A DNA stretch of 39,792 nt, taken from positions 1 through 39,792 of the forward strand of contig JBEKAN010000002.1 in assembly GCA_050015895.1 (NCBI GenBank). Direction: 5' to 3'. Under the pieces are notes generated by a model. The model was not told the origin of the DNA, did not search any database, and was given only the letters and a program-made list of their open reading frames with translations. The position numbers were made by a program, and so were the translations under genes. Below, one piece after another: positions 8,499-15,799 of this stretch (position 1 is its first letter; each line of letters begins with the position of its first letter). The DNA comes from Verrucomicrobiota bacterium (GTDB taxonomy: Bacteria > Verrucomicrobiota > Verrucomicrobiia > Limisphaerales > Palsa-1400).

Positions 8499-11071
8499 GC
8501 GGAAAATTTGAAAGCGGAAACTTGAAACCAGCAACCTCAACAGCGACCCCGGAGGCAAGAAGCCCGCAGGCCTTGCCGGTGGTCTGCGTTTGCGTTTTTC
8601 TGGTGCTGGCGGTTCTGGCCGTCTTTTGGCAGACGGCGCATTTTCAGTTTATCAATTGCGATGATCAACGCTATGTGTATGAGAACTCCAAGTTTGGCGG
8701 CGGCCTGAGCATGGGGAGTGTCGTCCGGGCCTTCACTCATGCGGAGTGCGGCCTCTACCACCCGCTGACCATGATCTCCCTGATGGTGGATTACGATTTC
8801 CACGGGGTTCAGGCCGGCGGCTATCATCTGACCAATGTCCTGGTCCACGCGCTTTCCGGGGTCGTGCTGTTTCTGATTTTGCGGCGGATGACCGGGGCGC
8901 TTTGGCGAAGCGCGTTTGTGGCGGCGGTGTTTGCCATCCACCCGCTGCGGGTCGAATCGGTGGCCTGGGTGGCGGAGCGCAAGGACGTGCTGGGCGCTTT
9001 TTTCTTCCTGCTCACGGTCGGCGCCTACGTCCGCTATGTCCGCGATCCAAGCTCCCGGGGGCGTTACTGGACGGTGGCGGGTTTGTTCGTGTTGGGCCTG
9101 TTGTCCAAGCCGACGGCGGTGACCCTGCCGTTTGTGCTGTTGCTGCTGGATTACTGGCCGCTGGGGAGGATGGGGGGAATGAAGAATTTAGAATTTAGAA
9201 TGCAGAATGGGGAAAACAAAGAGCGGAAAGCAGATGGACGAGAGGAGGAAAGCGAGGGGTTTCCATTTTGGGGGTTGGTGAGGGAGAAGATGCTGCTGTT
9301 CGCGCTGGCGGCGGCGGCGTGCGTTGTCACCGTTTTTGCGGCGAGGCAGGGGGGCGGTCCCACAGCCAGCCTTCCGGTGTCCGCGCGGGTCGGCAACGCC
9401 CTGGTCTCCTACGTGGTCTATCTGCGCCAGACGGTGTGGCCGGCAAGGCTGGCGGCCTTTTATCCCTATCCGCGGAATAGCCGGCCACTTTGGGAAATCG
9501 CGCTGGCGGTTCTCCTGCTGGCGGGCATTTCTGGAGGGGCGCTGGCGCTGAGGCGCAGCCGGCCGTGGCTGGTTGTCGGCTGGCTCTGGTATTTGGGGAC
9601 GCTGGTTCCGATGATCGGCCTGATTCCATCGGGCGACTTTGCGCACGCGGACCGCAACACCTACCTGCCGCAGATCGGCGTGTGCGTGATGCTGACTTGG
9701 GCGCTGGCCGGGATGTCCGAGGGATGGCGTCACCGCCGTTGGATTCAAGGCGGAGTTTCGACGGCGGTTCTTGGGCTTTTGATGCTTTGCGCGCGGCAGC
9801 AGACCTCCTTTTGGCGCGAGAGCGAGTCGCTTTGGAGACACACACTTTCCCGCACCTCCGGGAACCTCTTCGCCCTCAACAACCTGGGCGGGGTTCTGGA
9901 GCAGAAAGGGGAGTTGGACAAAGCCATCGAGCAGTACGGAAAAGCGCTGGAAATCAAGCCCGACGACGCGGAGTCCCGAAACAACTTGGGCACGGCTCTG
10001 GCGCAGGAGGGAAAGCTGGAGGAGGCCGTCGCGCAATACCAAAAGGTTCTCGAGGCCAATCCCGACTATGAATATGCCCGCAACAACTTGGCGGTCGCTC
10101 TGGCCAGAAAGGGGAATCTGGAGGAGGCGATCGCGCAATACCGGAAAGTTCTGGAGACGCATCCCAATAGTGAGGACGCCCGAAACAACCTGGGAGCCGC
10201 TCTGGCGCAAAAGGGAAATCTGGAGGAGGCCGTCCTGCAATATCGCAAGGCTGTGGAACTCAATCCGGATTATGCGCAAGCCCGCCGCAATTTGGGGAAC
10301 GCTCTTTCCGCCCAGGGAGATCTGGAGGGGGCCGCCGCGCAGCTTCGCAAGGCCCTGGAACTCAATCCCGATCACCTGGGGACCCTCCTGGACCTCGGCA
10401 ACGTCCTCCTGCAAAAAGGAGATTTGGACGGCGCGATGGCCATTCTCCAAAAAGCCACCGCCGCAACCCCGGAGCTTCTGCAAGCATGGTATAATCTCGG
10501 CAATGCATTTCTGCAAAGCGGGGAATTGGACCACGCCATCGCGTGCTACCGGCACGTCGAAAAAATCAACCCGCGCTCGGCGGACGCCCGCGCCAATTTG
10601 GGAGTGGCTTTCCTCCTGAAAGGAGAAACCCAGGAGGCCAGGGACGCCTGGCAAAAGGCTTTGGAAATCAAGCCCGACCAACTCTATGTTCTGAACAACC
10701 TGGCGTGGTTGCTGGCCACGACACAGGACGCGGCGCTGCGCGACGGGGCCAAAGCCGTCGCGCTGGCCAAAGAGGCCGGGCAGGTGGGCGGGGATGAAAA
10801 TCCGGCACTCCCGCGCACCCTGGCGGCGGCTTACGCCGAGACGGGGAATTATGGGCTGGCGGCCGCCACGGCCCGGCGCGGTTTGGAGTTGGCGGTGGAG
10901 CAAAAGAACGACAAGCTGGCCGCCACGCTGCAAAAGGAAATCCAACTCTACGGGGCGGGCAAGCCGGTGCGGGAAAGCGCCGCACAGGCAAGCCAGATGG
11001 AACAACAGAAGGAAGCGGCCCAACGGGGCGAGCCAGCGGCGCCGGACGCGCCGCGGCAGGCGGGAAATTGA
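8495..11071 (+). CDS. Type-B (beta subtype) paralogue: TMTC/DUF1736-like GT-C domain plus TPR block plus conserved C-terminal module
   Basis: GTG 8495 overlaps the upstream stop (GTGA); an alternative start is TTG 8522. Motifs: FQFINCDD, YHPLTMISLMVDYDFHG, GGYHLTNVLVHALSGVVLFLILRRMTG, AIHPLRVESVAWVAERKDVLGAFFF. About nine TPRs. The C-terminal module plus an extra tail QMEQQKEAAQRGEPAAPDAPRQAGN. Stop TGA at 11069-11071. Confidence 0.85.
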   Translation: MSGKFESGNLKPATSTATPEARSPQALPVVCVCVFLVLAVLAVFWQTAHFQFINCDDQRYVYENSKFGGGLSMGSVVRAFTHAECGLYHPLTMISLMVDYDFHGVQAGGYHLTNVLVHALSGVVLFLILRRMTGALWRSAFVAAVFAIHPLRVESVAWVAERKDVLGAFFFLLTVGAYVRYVRDPSSRGRYWTVAGLFVLGLLSKPTAVTLPFVLLLLDYWPLGRMGGMKNLEFRMQNGENKERKADGREEESEGFPFWGLVREKMLLFALAAAACVVTVFAARQGGGPTASLPVSARVGNALVSYVVYLRQTVWPARLAAFYPYPRNSRPLWEIALAVLLLAGISGGALALRRSRPWLVVGWLWYLGTLVPMIGLIPSGDFAHADRNTYLPQIGVCVMLTWALAGMSEGWRHRRWIQGGVSTAVLGLLMLCARQQTSFWRESESLWRHTLSRTSGNLFALNNLGGVLEQKGELDKAIEQYGKALEIKPDDAESRNNLGTALAQEGKLEEAVAQYQKVLEANPDYEYARNNLAVALARKGNLEEAIAQYRKVLETHPNSEDARNNLGAALAQKGNLEEAVLQYRKAVELNPDYAQARRNLGNALSAQGDLEGAAAQLRKALELNPDHLGTLLDLGNVLLQKGDLDGAMAILQKATAATPELLQAWYNLGNAFLQSGELDHAIACYRHVEKINPRSADARANLGVAFLLKGETQEARDAWQKALEIKPDQLYVLNNLAWLLATTQDAALRDGAKAVALAKEAGQVGGDENPALPRTLAAAYAETGNYGLAAATARRGLELAVEQKNDKLAATLQKEIQLYGAGKPVRESAAQASQMEQQKEAAQRGEPAAPDAPRQAGN
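9177..9210 (+). repeat. AT-rich heptamer tract GAATGAA GAATTTA GAATTTA GAATGCA GAATGG
   Basis: Read directly. About 30% GC inside a gene of about 62% GC. Encodes GMKNLEFRMQNGE. The 34-mer is identical at 14200 and 16527. Confidence 0.85.
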
Positions 11072-13476
11072 AGGCGGAGAACTTGAAACCAGCAACCTCA
11101 ACAGCGACCCCGGAGGCAAGAAGCCCGCAGGCCTTGCCGGCGTTCTGCATTTGCATTTTTCTGGCGCTGGCGGTTCTGGCCGTCTTTTGGCAGACGGCGC
11201 ATTTTGAGTTCGTCAATTACGATGACGAAAAGAATGTGTATGAGAACCCGGTGGTGCAAAAGGGGTTGTCCCTCAACGCGGTGGGCTGGGCCTTCACGCA
11301 CTTGCAAGTCGCCAACTGGATTCCCCTGACCACTCTCTCGCATATCCTGGACTGCCAGCTCTTCGGGTTGCATGCGGGCGGGCATCACCTGGTCAATGTG
11401 TTCTGGCACGCCGCCAGCGCGGTGCTGCTGTTCCTGGTGTCGCGGCGGATGACCGGCGCCCTCTGGCGGAGCGCGTTTGTGGCGGCGGTGTTCGCCGTCC
11501 ACCCGCTGCGGGCGGAGTCGGTGGCGTGGGTGTCGGAGCGCAAGGACGTGCTGAGCGCGTTTTTTTTCATGTTGACAATTGGAGCTTATGTCCGGTTTGT
11601 GGAAAAGCAGAAAGCATCCGCCTCCGCCAAGGCCACGGCGGACAAGACGGCGGACAGAGAAAGCAGAGATTGGAACAACAGGACGAATTGCGCCATTCGG
11701 CGCGGGCGGAGATTTTATTATACCCTGGCTTTGGTGTTTTTCGCGCTGGGACTGCTGGCCAAGAGCATGGTGGCCACGCTGCCCTTTGTGCTGTTGCTGC
11801 TGGATTACTGGCCGCTGGGAAGGATGAGGGGAATGGAGAATTTAGAATTTAGAATGCAGAATGGGGAAAGCAGAAAGCAGAAACCGGTCAGAGGAGAGGC
11901 GGGAAGCGAGGGGGTTCCGTTTTGGGGGTTGGTGAGGGAGAAGATTCCGTTCTTCGCGCTGGGGGCGGGAGTGTGCGTGGCGACGGCCCTGGCGCCGGGA
12001 CTGGTGGTCCGGAACACCCATGCGGCGCCACTCCCGGAACGCGCCGCCAACGCCCTGGTTTCTTGCGCGGTGTATCTGCGGCAAATGGTGTTCCCGGCGA
12101 ATTTGGCGACGCCTTATCCCAATCCCCCAAACGGTCAGCCGCCCTGGGAAGTCTGCCTGGCGTTTGCCGTATTGGCCGCCATCTCCGCGGCGGTGGTCGT
12201 GTGCCGGAAAAAGCGGCCCTGGCTGCTGATGGGCTGGCTCTGGTATCTGGGGATGGTGTTTCCGGTGATTGGGATCATTCAAATCTCCCCCGACACCGCG
12301 CATGCCGACCGCTACACGTATCTGCCGCAGATCGGTCTGGCGCTGGCGGGGACCTGGGCGGTGGCGGAATGGGGCGCGGGGTGGAAATATCGGCGCGAGA
12401 TTTTTGGCGCCTTGATGATCGCGGTGGTGGGCGCGTTGATGGTGTGCGCCCACCGCCAGACCTCGTATTGGCAGGACCCCGAATCCCTCTGGACGCGGGC
12501 GCTGGCCCGCACCTCCAACAACAGCGTCGCACACAATAACATCGGCCACGCTCTGTTCCAAAAGGGCAAGCTGGAGGAGGCCGTCGGCCACTACAAACAG
12601 GCCCTCGAAATCAATACCAATTATGCGCAGGCCCATTACAATCTGGGGGTGGTTTGTCTCAAGCAGAATGACACGGACGGCGCGATCGCGGAATTCATAA
12701 GGGCCATGCGGGTCAGGCCGGACTACATGGAGGCCCACTTCGACCTCGGCACGGCTCTGGCCCTCAAGGGCGATCTGGACGAGGCCATCCTGGAGTACAA
12801 AACGGCCCTGGAGATTGAGCCGGATTTTGTGCAGGCCAATTACAATCTGGGCAAGGCCCTTCTCCTCAAAGGGGATGTGGACCCAGCCATGTCTTGTCTG
12901 TCCAAGACCATCCCTGTGAGCCAGGACCCGCTGGCGAATTGGTACAACTTCGGCAACGGATTCCTCCAAGAACCGGATCCCTCGTGCGCCATCGTCTGCT
13001 ACCGGCAGGCGATAAAAATCAACCCCCGCTTTGCGGACGCTTACGCCAATCTGGGAGTGGCTTTGTCCCAGAAAGGGGAAACCAAAGAGGCCCTGGACTC
13101 GTGGCAAAAGGCCTTGGAAATCAATCCCGCCCAGATCTATGTCCAAAACAACCTGGCGTGGTCGCTGGCGACAACTCCCGACGCCACCCTGCGCAACGGC
13201 GCAAAAGCCGTCGCGCTGGCGACCCAGGCCAACCAGTCGAGCGGGAGCGGCAATCCGGCGATATTGCGCACGCTGGCGGCGGCTTATGCCGAGACGGGGG
13301 ATTGCGCGCGGGCGGCCACAACGGCGCGGCGCGCCCTGGAGTTGGCGCAGGGGCGGAAGAACGACGGGCTGGCGGCCACGTTGCGGGAGGAACTCAAACT
13401 CTACCAGGCGGGCAAGCCGGCGCGGGACATCCCGCCGAAGGAAAACAAGCCCACAGCGCCGGACGCGCCGCCGTGA
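11068..13476 (+). CDS. Type-B (alpha subtype) paralogue: TMTC/DUF1736-like GT-C domain plus TPR block plus conserved C-terminal module
   Basis: TTG 11068 overlaps the upstream stop as TTGA (MKAENLKPATSTATPEAR). Motifs: FEFVNYDDEKNVYENPVVQKGLS, ANWIPLTTLSHILDCQLFGLHAGGHHLVNVFWH, AVHPLRAESVAWVSERKDVLSAFFF. A variable loop KASASAKATADKTADRESRDWNNRTNCAIRRGRRFYY. TPRs and the C-terminal module are present. Stop at 13474-13476. Confidence 0.88.
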   Translation: MKAENLKPATSTATPEARSPQALPAFCICIFLALAVLAVFWQTAHFEFVNYDDEKNVYENPVVQKGLSLNAVGWAFTHLQVANWIPLTTLSHILDCQLFGLHAGGHHLVNVFWHAASAVLLFLVSRRMTGALWRSAFVAAVFAVHPLRAESVAWVSERKDVLSAFFFMLTIGAYVRFVEKQKASASAKATADKTADRESRDWNNRTNCAIRRGRRFYYTLALVFFALGLLAKSMVATLPFVLLLLDYWPLGRMRGMENLEFRMQNGESRKQKPVRGEAGSEGVPFWGLVREKIPFFALGAGVCVATALAPGLVVRNTHAAPLPERAANALVSCAVYLRQMVFPANLATPYPNPPNGQPPWEVCLAFAVLAAISAAVVVCRKKRPWLLMGWLWYLGMVFPVIGIIQISPDTAHADRYTYLPQIGLALAGTWAVAEWGAGWKYRREIFGALMIAVVGALMVCAHRQTSYWQDPESLWTRALARTSNNSVAHNNIGHALFQKGKLEEAVGHYKQALEINTNYAQAHYNLGVVCLKQNDTDGAIAEFIRAMRVRPDYMEAHFDLGTALALKGDLDEAILEYKTALEIEPDFVQANYNLGKALLLKGDVDPAMSCLSKTIPVSQDPLANWYNFGNGFLQEPDPSCAIVCYRQAIKINPRFADAYANLGVALSQKGETKEALDSWQKALEINPAQIYVQNNLAWSLATTPDATLRNGAKAVALATQANQSSGSGNPAILRTLAAAYAETGDCARAATTARRALELAQGRKNDGLAATLREELKLYQAGKPARDIPPKENKPTAPDAPP
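11831..11864 (+). repeat. AT-rich heptamer tract GAATGGA GAATTTA GAATTTA GAATGCA GAATGG
   Basis: One substitution relative to the 9177 copy; followed immediately by AAGCAGA x2 (11868-11881). Confidence 0.85.
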
Positions 13477-13508
13477 GCGGGCCATTTGCAATCGGAGAGC
13501 GGAATCCA

Positions 13509-15785
13509 ATGCGCCGAACATCCAAGCCAGCCACGGGAGGGAAAGAAGCGCGCGCGGCCCCGTCGGCAAGCCGTCCGGCGGGCTTGGCGGAAGGCTGGAC
13601 GGTTCTCGCCGTCTGCCTTTTTCTGGTGGCTGTCATCTGGGTGGTCTTTGGGCGGACGACGCGCTTCGGGTTCGTCAATTACGATGACGGGACCTACGTG
13701 TCGGACAACGCCCTGGTCACGGGCGGTCTGACCCCGCGGGGCGTCGCATGGGCGTGGACTCATGTGATCTGCAATTTCTATCACCCGCTGACCATGCTCT
13801 CGCTGATGCTGGATTTTCAATTTCACAAGCTCAACGCCGGCGGGTATCACCTCACCAATGTCCTGATACACACCGCCTCCTCCGTCCTGCTGTTCCTGGT
13901 TTTGAGGCGGATGACCGGCGCGCTCTGGCGCAGCGCGTTTGTGGCGGCGGTGTTCGCCATCCACCCGCTGAGGGCGGAGTCGGTGGCGTGGGTGACGGAG
14001 CGCAAGGATGTGCTGGGCGCGTTCTTTTTCATGCTCACGCTCGGGGCTTATGTGCGGTATGCGCGCAAACCGAACTCCCTGGGTCGCTATCTGGCGGTGG
14101 TGGCGCTCTTCGGGTTGGGGCTGCTCTGCAAGCCGACGGCGGTGACCCTGCCGTTTGTGCTGTTGCTGCTGGATTACTGGCCGCTGGGAAGGATGGGGGG
14201 AATGAAGAATTTAGAATTTAGAATGCAGAATGGAGAAAGAGGAGAGCACGGAAGGCCCGGGGTTCCGTTTTGGGGGTTGGTGAGGGAGAAGATTCCCTTG
14301 CTGGCGCTGGCGGCGGTTTCCTGCGTGGTGGCTTACTTTGCGCAAGGGAAGGCGGTCGAGTCCGTCGCATACGCTTCCATCCCCACGCGGATCGGCAATG
14401 TTTTGATTTCCTACGTGGTCTATCTGCGCCAGTTGGTGTGGCCGGCGGATCTGGCCGTGTATTATCCCTATCCGCAGAAAAGCCCCGCACTTGGGGAAGT
14501 CGCTTTGGCGTTTCTGCTGCTGGCCGTCATTTCCGCGGGAGTTTTGGCCTCTTTCCGAAAGCGCCCCTGGCTTCTAACCGGCTGGCTTTGGTATTTGGGA
14601 ATGCTGGTTCCGGTCATCGGCATTGTTCTGGTCACGCCAACCGCGCACGGGGATCGCAACACCTACTTGCCCCACATCGGCCTGGCTGTGCTGCTGACTT
14701 GGGCGGTGTGCGACATCTCCGCCGGCTGGCGTCACCGCCGCGCGCTCCTGGGCGCGTTGGCCGCCGGCGCGCTGGTTGCCCTGGTTCTCCTCGCCCGCGC
14801 GCAGACTTCTTACTGGCATGACAGCGAATCCCTGTGGAGGCGCGCGCTGGACCGCACTTCCGACAACCCCGCCGCGCACAACGGCCTGGCGACGGCTCTC
14901 CGCGACAAGGGGGATGTGGACGGAGCCATAGCCGAATACCGAAAAGCCCTGGCGCTCAATCCCTACTATGGGGAGAGCTTCGTCAATTTGGGCGTGGCTC
15001 TGGCGCTCAAGGGGGATCTGGACGGAGCCATCGCGCAATACCAACAAGCCCTCCAGATCAAGCCCGACTATATGGAAGCCCACTTTGATCTGGGCACGGC
15101 GCTGGGACTCAAGGGCAGTCTCGATGAGGCAGTCGCCCAATTCCGCAAGGTCTTGGAACTGAGGCCCGATTATCCGCGGGCCGACTACAATCTGGGCAAG
15201 GTCCTCCTCCTCAAAGGAGATTTGGACCCGGCCATGGACTGTCTGGCCAAAACCACCGCGGTGAGCCAGGACCCCCTGGCAAATTGGTACAACTTCGGCA
15301 ACCAATTCGTGCAAGAACGGGATTGGCAATGCGCCATTGTCTGCTATCGGCAGGCGACGAAAATCAATCCCCGCTTTGCGGACGCTTACGCGAATCTGGG
15401 CGTGGCTTTGTCCCAGAAAGGGGAAACCAAAGAGGCCCTGGACTCGTGGCAAAAGGCCTTGGAAATCAACCCCGGCCAGCTCTATGTGCAGAACAACTTG
15501 GCGTGGTCGCTGGCCACGACCGCCGACGCCTCCCTGCGCAACGGCGCAAAAGCCGTCGCGCTGGCCCAACAGGCGGAGCATCTGAGCGGGGGCGGCAATC
15601 CGGCGATTCTGCGCACCCTGGCGGCGGCGTACGCCGAGACGGGGGATTATGCGTCCGCGGCCTCGACGGCCCGGCGCGCCCTTCAGTTGGCGGTGGCGCA
15701 GAAGAACGAAGGGCTGGCCGCGACGCTGCAAAAGGAAATCCAACTCTACGACGCGGCCAAGCCGGCGCGGGAGACGCCGCCGTGA
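13509..15785 (+). CDS. Type-B (beta subtype) paralogue: TMTC/DUF1736-like GT-C domain plus TPR block plus conserved C-terminal module
   Basis: In-frame ATG at 13509 (MRRTSKPATGG); an in-frame GTG at 13473 overlapping the upstream stop is the alternative. Motifs: FGFVNYDDGTYVSDN, FYHPLTMLSLMLDFQFHKLNAGGYHLTNVLIH, AIHPLRAESVAWVTERKDVLGAFFF. TPRs and the C-terminal module are present. Stop TGA at 15783-15785. Confidence 0.85.
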   Translation: MRRTSKPATGGKEARAAPSASRPAGLAEGWTVLAVCLFLVAVIWVVFGRTTRFGFVNYDDGTYVSDNALVTGGLTPRGVAWAWTHVICNFYHPLTMLSLMLDFQFHKLNAGGYHLTNVLIHTASSVLLFLVLRRMTGALWRSAFVAAVFAIHPLRAESVAWVTERKDVLGAFFFMLTLGAYVRYARKPNSLGRYLAVVALFGLGLLCKPTAVTLPFVLLLLDYWPLGRMGGMKNLEFRMQNGERGEHGRPGVPFWGLVREKIPLLALAAVSCVVAYFAQGKAVESVAYASIPTRIGNVLISYVVYLRQLVWPADLAVYYPYPQKSPALGEVALAFLLLAVISAGVLASFRKRPWLLTGWLWYLGMLVPVIGIVLVTPTAHGDRNTYLPHIGLAVLLTWAVCDISAGWRHRRALLGALAAGALVALVLLARAQTSYWHDSESLWRRALDRTSDNPAAHNGLATALRDKGDVDGAIAEYRKALALNPYYGESFVNLGVALALKGDLDGAIAQYQQALQIKPDYMEAHFDLGTALGLKGSLDEAVAQFRKVLELRPDYPRADYNLGKVLLLKGDLDPAMDCLAKTTAVSQDPLANWYNFGNQFVQERDWQCAIVCYRQATKINPRFADAYANLGVALSQKGETKEALDSWQKALEINPGQLYVQNNLAWSLATTADASLRNGAKAVALAQQAEHLSGGGNPAILRTLAAAYAETGDYASAASTARRALQLAVAQKNEGLAATLQKEIQLYDAAKPARETPP
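14200..14233 (+). repeat. AT-rich heptamer tract, identical to the 9177 copy
   Basis: gaatgaagaatttagaatttagaatgcagaatgg, read directly. Confidence 0.85.
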
Positions 15786-15799
15786 GGAGCAACTGAAAT

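Noticed and set aside
9177-9210. An internal promoter formed by the two TAGAAT hexamers inside the heptamer tract.
   Set aside because: There is no acceptable -35 element at 16-18 nt upstream (the sequence there is GGATGGGGGG). I left it as one untested alternative in the finding rather than annotating a promoter.
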